Positions 1-11,152 of a stretch of 64,000 nucleotides of DNA are shown one piece after another. The stretch is from assembly GCA_043228905.1 (NCBI GenBank), contig JBHGNT010000009.1, positions 9,052,001 to 9,116,000 on the forward strand, given 5' to 3'. Below the pieces are notes generated by a model. It was not told the origin of the DNA, did no database searches, and saw nothing but the letters and a program-made list of their open reading frames with translations. Each line of letters opens with the position of its first letter. Within the stretch, counting starts at the first letter, position 1. The position numbers and the translations under genes are program-made. The stretch comes from Azolla caroliniana (taxonomy: Eukaryota; Plantae; Polypodiophyta).

Positions 1-3000
1 GAAGTACCTCTCGCGGATGAGGTACTAGCGCTGCTCCTGCTCGGTTCCCTCCCGGATAGCTGGGAGATGTTGGTTGTCACATTGGGCAATGCCAGGCCGG
101 AAGGAAAACGGCTATCCCTAGCAAGAGTAAAGTCGAGCTTACTAGATGAGGAGGCGCGTCGGAAAGATAAAGATACGAGCTCCGACTCCAAGGCGCTCCT
201 TACCGAATCGGAACGCGGAAGACATAGAAACCATAGTCCCCAGAACCGGGAGAAGTCGGGGACACGGTCAAAGTCAAGGGGGAGGCCCACTTGCTTCTAT
301 TGCGGCAAACCGGGTCACTTCCAAAAGAACTGTCGGCATTTCCGTAAAGACAAGGAAACCGACAGTACCGATTCGAAGCAAACCCCGGATCGGAACGGTA
401 AAGACCGGAGAGGGCCGGACCGGAAGGGAACGACGGCAATCGCGGCAAGTGAAGAAGAGTTGATGCTCATCACCGAGGAGAGTGAGATAAACCTTGCCGG
501 CGACGAGATGACCTAGGTGGTAGACTCCGGAGCATCGTTCCATCTTACCCCGGACCGGAAATGCTTCTCATCCTACTCAGCTGGTGATCACGGCTGTGTC
601 TGGATGGGGAATGAAGGTACATGCCGAATTGTCGGCATAGGAGACGTGTGGCTGTCGACACCAACCAGATGCAAGTTGCTGCTGAAGGATGTACGACACG
701 TTCCGGAGGTTCGACTGAACTTGATATCAGCCGGTCGGCTAGATGATGAAGGCTACACGGGTAGCATCCGGAACGGTGTCATGAAATTCAGCAAAGGTAG
801 CTTGATTGTGGCTCGGGCCCGGAAGGTAAACACACTGTACCTGATGAATGCCCGGTTATGTCCGGAAGAAGTGAACGTGGCATCCGACACTGCCGGTGAG
901 CTGTAGCACAAGAGACTGTGTCATATGAGCGAGAAGGGGATGAAGAGGCTTGCAGACGACAACCTCATTCCAGTAAAGAACGTGCACTTAGAGAAGTGCA
1001 TTGATTGTCTGGCCGGTAAGCAGAACCGGACCTCTTTCCGACCAAGGCCACCGATGAGACGTAATGCACCACTGGAGTTGGTGCATACGGATGTGTGTCA
1101 AGTAGACACGAAGTCACATGCCGGAGCGCAGTACTTCGTGACGTTCATAGATGACCACAGCCGGAAGCTGTGGGCCACACCGTTGAAGACGAAGGATCAG
1201 GTGTTATCTGTCTTCAAAGAGCTCCACGCGAGAGTGGAAAGAGAAACCGGCCGGAAGCTGAAGGCGGTTCGAGCAGATAACGGAGGAGAGTACCGGGGGC
1301 AGTTCGAGGAGTACTGCTGCTCGAAGGGAATCCGGCTCGAATTTACCGTGCCGAAGATGCCGGAACTAAACGGACTGGCCGAGAGGATGAACCGGACCAT
1401 AATGGAGAGGGTCCGGAGTATGCTAGCGCATGCAAAACTACCCAAGAAGTTTTGGGCTAAGGCACTGTCGACGGCGACATATGTGATAAATAGATCACCC
1501 TCAGTACCCTTGGACGGAGACACGCCACAGAGAGTGTGGACCGGTAAGGAAGTATCCTACCGGTATCTGAAGGTGTTCGGGTGTCTCGCGTACGTGCATG
1601 TAGCTAAGGACCGGAGAGGAAAGCTAGATCCAAAGACCCGGCCATGCATATTCCTCGGTTACGGTGACGATGAGTTTGGCTATCGAGTGTGGGACCCGGT
1701 CGACAAGAAGGTATTCCGGAGTCGAGATATTATCTTTATGGAGAACAAGACGCTCGCCGACTGGGAGTCGGAGAAGAAGATAATGAACTCCGAGTCGACC
1801 GGTAAGGATCGACTCTACGATGAGCAAACCCAACCGGCAAGAGACCGGTTAGCACTTGAGGGACCAGACGGTTACGGTGAGGACACCGAACGGGCTGAAG
1901 AAGAAGTAGAGGAAGCTGAAACCGGAACCGACCAAGACCCCGAATCGGATTTGGATGAAGAGCAGATGGATGAGCCGGTCACCGAAGCCCAGAGAGAGAA
2001 GGGCGCCCCGGAGATTTCCGGATGCAGAGCATGTCCTGTTGACCGATGAGGGGGAGCCGGAAAGCTTCAAAGAAGCGAAGGAAGACACCCACAGCCGAAA
2101 ATGGTTAAGTGCCATGCAGGATGAGATGGATTCCCTCCACGAGAACCATACGTACAAATTGGTGGAGTTGCCGAAAGGAAAGCGGGCACTCCGAAACAAG
2201 TGGGTGTACAAGTTGAAACCGGGAGATGCCGGCAACCCCCCGAGATACAAAGCCAGGATCGTGGTGAAGGGGTTCCAACAGAAGAAGGGCGTGGACTTCG
2301 ACGAGATATTTTCCCTGGTAGTAAAGATGACCTCCATCTGGACGATGCTGAGTATAGCGGCAAGCATGGACCTCGAGGTAGAGCAGTTGGACGTGAAGAC
2401 GGCATTCCTTCACGACGACCTCGAAGAGGAGATCTACATGCAACAATCGGAAGGTTTCGTGGAGAAAGGGAATGAGCACCTGGTATGCCGGTTGAAGAAG
2501 AGCCTATATGGACTGAAGCAGGTTCCCCGACAATGGTACCGGAAGTTCGACTCCTTCATGACCGATCAAGGGTACCACAAGATGCAGGCCGATCACTGCA
2601 TGTTTGTGAAGAAGTTCGAAGGAGGCGACTTCCTGATACTCCTTCTGTACGTGGATGACATGTTGATCGTCAGACGGGATCAAGTCAAAATACGGATGCT
2701 GAAGAAGGCCCTCAACCGGACCTTCTCAATGAAAGACTTGGGTCCGGCAAGACAGATGTTGGGGATGCACATCATTCGTAACCGGAAAGCGAAGCAATTA
2801 TGGCTGTCACAAGAGAAGTATGTGACAAAGGTGCTTCACCGGTTCAACATGTCAGATGCAAAACCGGTCGGATCGACACTTCTAGCAAACTGCAAGCTAT
2901 CCGGTAAGCAAAGCCCGAAGATGAAAGCAGAGAACGTGGATATGATGAAGATCCCATATGCCTCTGCCGTCGGGAGCTTGATGTACGCAATGGTTTGTAC

Positions 3001-3625
3001 CTGACTTGACATTGGATACGCAGTCGGAGTGGTGAGCCGGTTTATGAGCAATCCCGGCAAGGAGCACTGGAACGTGGTCAAGTGGATACTCCGGTATTTG
3101 AAGGGCACTTCAAATATGTGTCTCCGATTCGGATCCGGAAAACCTCAACTGGACGGTTTCACCGATTCGGACATGTCGGCTGATGTTGATACCAGCCGGT
3201 CTACATCCGGGTATATAATGACATATGCAGGGGGAGTTGTTTCGTGGCAGTCGAGGCTGCAGAAGACAGTTGCATTGTCAACCTCAGAGGCGGAGTACAT
3301 GGCGATTGTGGAAGCCGGCAAGGAAATATTATGGATGAAGGACTTCATCGGAGAGCTCGGTATTCGGCAAGAGGAATACCGACTCTACTGCGACAGTCAA
3401 AGTGCCATCCACCTTGCTAAGAATGCGGCCTACCATTCCTGGACGAAGCATATCCAGTGGAGGTATCATTGGATCCGGGAAAGAGTAGATGACCAGGAGT
3501 TCACACTTACGAAGATCCACACGGCCGAGAACGGGTCAGATATGCTGACCAAAGTGTTGACACCCGACAAGCTGGACGCATGCCGAAAGAGGATCGGACT
3601 GGTAAGACACCCCATGCCGGAGTGA
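1..3625 (+). pseudogene. Disrupted copia gag-pol polyprotein
   Basis: In-frame stops at 514-516, 904-906 and 3002-3004. A 20-nt deletion near 1990, relative to the copy at ~63280-63300, shifts the frame between INT and RT. Confidence 0.93.
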
Positions 3626-3635
3626 AGGGGGAGTT

Positions 3636-4441
3636 TGTTGGGAGACAGGTCCCTCCGGATGGGAAGGGAGAAGAACAGTGCCGGATGAACAAACTCGGCT
3701 GAGGCCGAAACCATATGAGGAGGACCCGGCTACGGAGAGCCGGATGGTGCAGGCCCGCTATGAACCGGATGAGGAGTACCCTGCTACGGAGAGCCGGATG
3801 GTGCAGGCCCGGTATGAACCGGATGAGGAGTACTCGGCTACGGAGAGCCGGATGGTGCAAGCCCGGTATGAACCGGATGAGGAGTACTCGGCTACGGAGA
3901 GCCGGATGGTGCAGGCCCGGTATGAACCGGATGAGGAGTACCCGGCTACGGAGAGTCGGATGGTGCAGGCCCGGTGTGAACCGGAGGAAGAGACATATTC
4001 GTAAATATGTTTCTAAGAGCCCATCGAGGCTACATTTGTAAATAGTCGAAAAGTCATATTAGTATAAATATGACTTAGGGCAAACTTTATGTGTTGTTGT
4101 CATTTTTCCTTGTTGGTGCAAGAAGAAGAGAGAGTGCGTAATTGTACAGAGAGAGAGAGAGAGAGACGAGGTCGTTGCCTCTGTTGTAACCGCCGCCTGT
4201 GGCGAAGATCTATGAGCACGAGGTCGTTGCCTCAGTGAACTCACTATTGTATATTCCTACATAGTGACAGTTTGCAGCCTGTGGGCTGCCGTGGTTTTTC
4301 CCCTAGTTTGGGGTTTTCCACGTAAACCTCCTGTGTATTCTCTCCTTCTTTGTGTCGCGTTTTATTTCCCGTTTTTTTGTGTATCATTCTAACCTCGGTT
4401 GTGGCCGAGCGTTGCGCATAAAGAACGTTGCGTTCCCTACA
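3636..4441 (+). repeat. 3' LTR of copia family A
   Basis: Starts TGTTGGG right after the PPT and ends CCCTACA. Contains TATAAAT at ~4064. Homologous to 60810-61636 and 52750-53450 on the reverse strand. Confidence 0.92.
3712..3985 (+). repeat. 54-bp tandem minisatellite (~5 units) in LTR U3
   Basis: Unit GGATGAGGAGTACCCGGCTACGGAGAGCCGGATGGTGCAGGCCCGGTATGAACC is repeated. The same array is at ~61270-61545 on the minus strand. Confidence 0.95.
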
Positions 4442-7280
4442 ATTACTTCTTCTAGTTGGGATGCTTTTACGCGCTGCGACACAACCATTTCTCTTTCCAG
4501 TGCTTCCTGTGCTTGCCGTAACTCCCGGATCGCTTCTTTATCCGGTTCCTCGTCGGTCTCGTCCGATTGCAATATATACGGTGATATTGCTTCGGCTACA
4601 TCAATTTCGAATAGAGGTACGATCTTCGGATTTTCCTATAAGTATTGATCGACCTCTTCATCTGCCAATCCTTCCAACATGTTGTTTTGCTCCAATTTTG
4701 CTTGATGTGTGTTGTTTTTAACCAAGGGCATCCCAACAATAGTGGGTAAGCTCCTTGAGCTTGTAGCTAGAGAACTATTGCCGAAATGCGAAATGTGTGA
4801 CCCCCGATGGTCACTTCCAGATCACGTATTAATTTGGTCGGCCGTACTGAGCTTGTGTCCGCCATCCGAAGCCAAAACGGGCATGGTTTCCAGTCATGGA
4901 TTCCTAGAGTGTTACATGTTCGGAGGCTGATCACGTTCACGCTGGATCCGCCATCGATAATCGTGCCAGGTAGCTCTTTTCCTTTCACGATGGCTGTGAT
5001 TGCCGGACTGCTCGTGTCTACTACCGCCAGTCCTTCCTCCGGATTTGAAAAGAATGCCGGAGCCGGTGGTGCGTCGGCTGCTGTCCTTCCTGTCTTCAGT
5101 CCTTCTGTGAAGCATGGTACCTGTTGCAATAGCCGGCCTAACGGCAGCGTTATTTGGCATTCTTGTAACGCCTGCCATGTTGGGTTTTCGGGCTGCCCTA
5201 TGCTGGTGAGCTCTTCGGTATTCTCCTTTTGTTGTTCGAGCTCTGCCACATTCCGCTCATTTGCCTTCTTCACCCATTTGGTTGCTTGCTTCCGAATGGC
5301 TTCTTGAGTTTCCTAGTCCATGTCTTTGCCTTTTGATCTTGTAGTGACTTGTTGTAAGTCCGCGACTTCCGCGTCTACCATGTTCACCGCTGGTCGCTTG
5401 CCGTAGCTCTTCACCGGATATTGGTTACTATAGTGGCCTTCTTGCCGGCAATAATAGCAGTACGCCTTCTGGGTGTTGCTAGATTCGGTGTTTGTGCCCG
5501 CACCCGGTTGAGGTCCTGTGGTAGGTGCTTGGTTTTGGTCCGGTTGGCTGCTTGGAACGCCCTTTTCCGGTTCCCGTGGATGACCCCCCTTTTTGTTGAA
5601 GTGTCGTTTCTTGTTGAAATTCTTTTTGTTTCGGTAACCGTGATGGGGTTGGTCGTCATACTTGCCATAGTCGTCCCGTCGTTGGTTGTAAGCAGGGGAG
5701 TGATCCCGGTTGTATCTCTCGTACCGTCCATTATAGTCCCGGTATCTATCTTGTCTGTCATACCGGTCATAAGCGTCTCTTTGATCGTTGTACCGGATAT
5801 CTTGGGCCGGGCGGTAGTGCTCCTCTCGCCACCAACGTTCTTCTTCTTCGTCCCAGTTGCTTCGTGGTTCAATTTGTCAGACCAATGGTGCTTGCCGATT
5901 TAACAAGTTATACTCACACCGTTCCATTGTGTGACTTCTGGAGTGGTAGAGCAAGCATTGAGAACGCATGGTGCATTCCATCGCCGAATGTTCGGCATTC
6001 AGGCATGTCGTACATTGAATTGCTTGCCGGAAGCGGAGGTCCTCATCTGTCAGTAGTGCACACTGAAGTGCGCCCATGGTTAGCCATGAACTTGATTTTT
6101 CCATTTCCCGAACTCGGTCGATCACTTGATCTATGCTATTGGGGCGGAAATCAATGATGGTGCACACTGTTCGTAAGGGTTCCCAGAGTGCTGCTAAGAA
6201 TATGGCCTTTGTTTCTTCCTCCGGTGGTGCCCGGTTGAGCTAACTGTGGATCTGCTAGAACCGGATGACAAACTGTTGAATGTTCTCTGTTGGTTCCTAC
6301 TGGATAATGTAAAATAGGCCTACCATTTCCTATTGGTCCATCTCCTTGTGAAAGAAATGCAAGAATTTGGTCTTTAATGCTTCAAACGTGGGGATGGTGC
6401 TGCGATCTTGTGTTCGGTGCCATTTGGCGGCCGGTCCCTCCAGGGTCATGCCGAACTCTGCCATTTTTGAGCGTTCTTCTTCGGCCGCATTTAAGCATTG
6501 GGATACATGGTTTGCCTCCCAGGTCTGCTGAAACGCATGGACGTGGGCTTCCGCGTCCAGATCATCCCGGTATCTGGGATATTGGAACGACATATCGTCT
6601 TCTGGTGTCGGTACGCGGGCTGGTGGTGTCGATGGTCTTTCCTCCTCCTCTGTCGGTGTCGGAGGTCTTTCCCATTCCTCTTTCGGTGTTGGAGGCCTCT
6701 CCTCCTCGACTTTCGGTGTCGGAGGTCTCCCTTCCTCGACTTCTAGTTCCGGAGTGTGCTCAACTTCCGGTGTCGGAGGTTTCTCTACCTCGACTTCTGG
6801 TTCCGGAGTGTGCTCGACTTCCAGTGTCAGAGGTTCCAGCCTTGTCAATTCTGGTTCCGGTGTCGGCAAGGTATCTGACTCCTCGTCCTCCGGTCTGTTT
6901 GGGGTGTCGTTACTGTTGCGGTAGTTTGTATGCGCGTTGTATTCCCCTTCTGAATCCGATTCAAAAGCTGAAAATGCTTCAGATTTGCCTTCGTCCGGTG
7001 TCAATGCCTGGAGAAGGGATTTCGCTTCCCGAAGGCTGCTTAGGTTGCTTCCTTCGTCTGGGTAGTCGTTTTGTTGTGAACGCAGTGACTCCTTGGCCAC
7101 TCTTCGGATCACCTTGGAAAATGAGCGATCCGCTTTGATTTCTTCTGCCGCTTGCTGGAAAGCCTCTCACTTCCTCAGCCATTCACCAAGTCTCCTTGCT
7201 CGCTCCGTAACCGGGTCGTTCGTTGGTCTAGTTATCCATTCCCGCCGTTGTTTGCTGCGATTGTGCATTGGCAACGGGAA
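4442..7280 (-). mobile_element. Tat/Ogre-like Ty3/gypsy gag-protease fragment, interrupted by copia A
   Basis: Gag (MSFQYPRY...EFGMTLEGPAAKW), tandem Cys/His knuckles (CTTCLNAEHSAMEC) and protease (IDGGSSVN...LRMADTSSVRP). Collinear with the element at 14671-17770. Sequence breaks at QLEEV exactly at the copia LTR end. Confidence 0.88.
6600..6860 (-). repeat. Degenerate coding tandem repeat (PTPEVEEERP-like units) upstream of the gag core
   Basis: Repeated TCGGTGTCGGAGGT units on the plus strand; Pro/Glu-rich repeats in ORF 6330-7112. Confidence 0.8.
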
Positions 7281-7932
7281 CTACCTTACGCATTGTGGGT
7301 GGACTGAACTACGCATAGTTCGGTAACCAGGTTCATGCCGGCAGAGTTGATGTATGGTCAGAAGCCGATCACGCTGATGGAGCGGACGATTTCCTCGTGG
7401 GCGGTGATAGATTGGAGAGACGAGATGAGCCGGGAAGAGCTGTTGGCGGCGCGGATTCGATAGCTCGAGCGAAGACCGAAGGACCTGGAGCGGGCGAAGA
7501 TGAAGTTGCACGCGGTAAGGACGAAGAACAAGGGCCAGTTCGACTGAACACTCCGGCTACGACCAAAGAAGATCGAAGAAGGCGACTAGGTGTTGGTGTA
7601 CAACAACAGCCTCGACAACTAACACAAGGCGGTGCAGAAGTTCGCGAGGAGGTAGTTTGGGCCCTACGCAATAACGAGCACAAACGACGACGAACTTACC
7701 ACCTTGCAGAGCTCGAGGGGACATGGATAGTGATGTTGGTAGCCAGGAAGAGGATCAAGGCCTTCGAGAAGTGACATGAAGGCGAACCGGACCCGGCAAG
7801 CGCATGCCACGACAAAGACTCGGCCGGAGCAGACAACAATTCGGAGAGCGAAGGGTGAGCGTGGGCCGGTCTTCTTCGGCAAAGGATCTAATCTGGCACA
7901 TACCGGTGGATGCGTGGTTTCATGGGGCTAGA

Positions 7933-8696
7933 TGTCGTGGATAAAACCGGCCTTAGGCGGAATCAGTGTAAAAGGTGCATGAACCGGCCCTTACGCTGTC
8001 GTGAAGAAAACCGTCCCTAGGCGGAAACCGAATTTAGCGTGTGTAAACCGGCCCTTACACGTGGGCACACTTTCGTTGTATAGTAAGTAGGTAGGTACAA
8101 GTCGGCTGAGATGAAATCCTAGGTAGCACACATTCAATAGGGAGAGAATCGAGGTGTATCTCTATCCGAAAGGACAGAGAATTAATATGATGTAACGAAT
8201 GATAACGGCCTCCCTCCTTGGGCTAAAAAAGAGAGGGAGAGGAATGAAAGGGGGGGCTCTCTTTTTTGTGTGTGTAGAGGACGAAGTGCTGTCGGACAGG
8301 GGACCGAGCTCTTCTTCTCCTTCTTTCTCTGTATTCGTTGGGCGCAGGTTTTCGGGAGGCTGACTTTGCTTCGTGGAATGCTCGTGTGCTTCCAGCAGAG
8401 TCTCCATCTTGCTCTTCTATGTGTGCGTGAATAGGCGTCGGCGTTCGCCTTGCCGGCTTGTTAGTTGTAACCGTCTTGACATACACATACAAATTAATAT
8501 ACATACGTGTTCATATACTCGGACTTCTAGTCGTCTCGTTTTGATGTGTTGATGCACCGTGATTCCTGTGTGCCCCGCGTCCGTGTGCGTGCAAGCGTGT
8601 CTGTTGCATTCCCGTTCCCCTCCTTCTCAACTATTTCTCGGTCCAAGACCCCGGTGGTCCCGCCTCGTTCTAACGCACACGCGTGACAACACGACA
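7933..8696 (+). repeat. LTR (764 bp) of the Trp-primed gypsy element
   Basis: Perfect 7-bp inverted termini TGTCGTG...CACGACA, with a purine tract upstream and a PBS 4 nt downstream. Confidence 0.85.
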
Positions 8697-8700
8697 TATT

Positions 8701-8717
8701 TGGTGAACCCGACGTGA
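8701..8717 (+). promoter_or_regulatory. Primer-binding site complementary to tRNA-Trp
   Basis: TGGTGAACCCGACGTGA is the reverse complement of the plant cytosolic tRNA-Trp 3' end (...TCACGTCGGGTTCACCA, recalled sequence). Confidence 0.88.
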
Positions 8718-11152
8718 ACAGGCAGCAGAGGAATAGAAAGATGAAGGGGTCGGATCTCGCGGAAGCCATGGCTTCGGCTGTGGATCGGATAGCGAGTGCG
8801 CGCGAAGTCGCAGGCGCCCTCGATAGGGCCATTGAAGCGGTCGTCGGCACAATAGGCCGGTTCGGTGGAGGCCTACCGGGCCGATATGGTAATGAGAGAC
8901 ATTCCGGAAGAGAGGCGACTGACCGGTTTCCCTCGAGTGGCAATGTCGGGCATCCATGTGGAGGTGCTCGAGGTACGGGCTGAGAGCCGGACCTGGGAAG
9001 AGTTTGAAGGTCGGCTCCTCGAAAAATACGGGCTTGATAACGCGCTTCGGCTCTTGAAACGGGATTTCATGGAATGGGTAGAGACCCCCAAAAAGGGGAG
9101 AAACGCGTCAGTGCTCCTCCGGGAGTTTGAAGAACGCTTCGCGCGTCTTTCGGCGCTCGACCGGACCGTACTAGACATGAGCCGCGTCCTGCTATTCGTT
9201 AAGTCGGTGGATGCGAGGGACCGGGAGCAGGTGGGTCTCCTGCTGGAGATTGATGACGGGCTGACGACTGACTGGGCCGTGGTGAAGAGAGTTTGTGGCC
9301 GTTTTGACAAACGGCGAGAGTGGGTCGATAAAGGACCAACAGGGGAGGGCTCTGTAGCAGCAAGGAATCTTGAGCCAACCCTGCCAGCGCGAAGGGAAGA
9401 GACCTGAGACTGGCTCGAGACCGGATCGACTTCAATCGGCATGGTTAGAGGCTCGAGTGGAGGAGCAACTCTAGAGGAGCTGACTAGGATGGTAAAGGAC
9501 CTCCAAATTGCACAGGCACGGAGGGACGACAACGAACAGGCCCGTGACCGAAGGCCTCTGGCTGTGTTTGTGGTGTGACGCGGTCGGCCACGTCCGGAGG
9601 GACTGCGGGGACTTCGCCGAGGCAATGAGAGCCAACGTGGTGTACCTATGGAACGGTCGGGTGCACGCTAGCGAGACCCGAAGGGCCTTGGACTTGAATG
9701 TCGGACGAGGGGGTATGAAACGGTTGATGGAAGAAGCGGCGGCTCGCCACACGGAGACCGTCCACTACTCGGCGTCGACTGGGATACGGGTCGGAGGTGG
9801 TGAGGCCCGGAAGACGGACGAAGCCGGATTCTTGCCGCTAACGCTGGAAGACCTTGCCGGCGCACGGTTAAGGAAAGAAGAAGCGGACCGCGCGGAAAAA
9901 CGGGTCAGGGAGGTAACTGGGTGGAGTGACCCGGTCGAAGTGAAGACGGGTTTTGTTGAAGCTGCATGCTAGAACTACGAGGCTCTGGTGGAAGAGAAGC
10001 GAGTAGGTAAAACCGGAGGGGCCGGGCCCTCGCAATGGTACGAAACTCGATTCGGTCAATGACAGAATGAGGCCGGCGCGACCGGCGCACCAGATAAAGC
10101 CAAGAAAGCCGGGTACCGGTTGAGCATGGAAATCGAAAGGACCACGGACCTGCGAAAGGTCCTGGAGGAACGTATCCTCGACAGCAAAGTGGAGCTGTCG
10201 TTGAGGGAGGTGCTCGGGATCGCCAAGGAGTTCCACGACTCCATCGTAGACTTGGTGAAGAGAAAGAGGCTCTCGACAGAGCCAGAACGAACAAAACGCT
10301 CCAAAATATCCTCCGGAAGATCGTCAATGAAAATCAGACAGATTGGGACACGAAGTTGCACAGTGCGCTCTGGGCTTACCGGACAATGTACAAAACAAGC
10401 ATCCGGACAACACCGTTCCGGTTAGCATTAGGATTGGAGGCAGTCATGCCGGTCGAGTTTCAGGTACCAAGCTTACGGATTCAGATTCGGGAACGATTGA
10501 ACGAAAAGGAATCGGAGGCAATTCGGTTAAAGGCCCTGTGCGAACTGGAAGAACACCGACTGGCGAGCATTATACACCTGGAATTGGAACAACGGAGACG
10601 GAAAGCATTTGTAGATCGGCACCAGAAGGGAAACGAAAAGATGTTCGGAACTGGCAAGCCGGTACTCGTGTTCCAGACCCGGATGGGAAAAATGCCAGGT
10701 AAACTACGGTTTAGATGGACCGGACCATACTGGATCACACGCGAGTTCAATGGGTCCTACTAGTTGGGGACACTTGCCGGAGAAGTGCTGGGCAAATGGG
10801 TCAACGGATTTAGATTAAAACCATACAAAGGACCTATGCCTAAGAACCCATTTGAACGAAGGGACGCCACCGAATCAGACGCCGGCAGGCCAACCATAAT
10901 GGCAACTGGTGATGACGACGGCTACTACCAAGCTAGTAAGGAGGAGCATGAGCCGGCAAACCGACAAGAGGCCGGCGAGTTGCACGCTTCGGGCAAAGGT
11001 CCGATAGGACCGGAGAACAACTAACCACACAAGTAAGTTCAAAAAGAAAAGAAAAGAATAAAGGAGCGAATCAAATAAATCATGGAAAGGAGTGGTGGAA
11101 ACGGCCATGCACACGAGGAGTAAAGAGGCACGTCGAAAAGGTACGAGGAGCT

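Larger units (their letters stand above)
1..4441 (+). mobile_element. Ty1/copia LTR retrotransposon (family A, Tnt1-like), 5' end outside window
   Basis: Domain order is gag CCHC (CFYCGKPGHFQKNC), protease (VDSGAS), integrase (LVHTD, DNGGEY, NGLAERMN), RT (YVDDML), RNase H (DSD...ENGSDMLTK). PPT GAAGGGGGAG at ~3624-3633 is followed by a TG...CA LTR. Confidence 0.97.
7281..10285 (+). mobile_element. Ty3/gypsy fragment in permuted order: INT C-terminus, PPT, LTR, PBS(Trp), gag
   Basis: 7281-7770 reads LPYALWVD*TTHSSVT..PAELMYGQKP...FGPY...TYHLAELEGT..KRIKAF (integrase). GGGGCTAGA precedes the LTR at 7933-8696. PBS at 8701-8717. Gag with CLWCDAVGHVRRDC runs to ~10285. Confidence 0.85.

Noticed and set aside
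3507-4041. Repeat-protein ORFs in several frames (also 61202-61855)
   Set aside because: They are by-products of a 54-bp, stop-poor LTR minisatellite.
8873-9625. Long antisense ORFs over gag/pol (also 12791-13465, 62713-63419, 32492-33046)
   Set aside because: Shadow ORFs of GC-rich coding strands.
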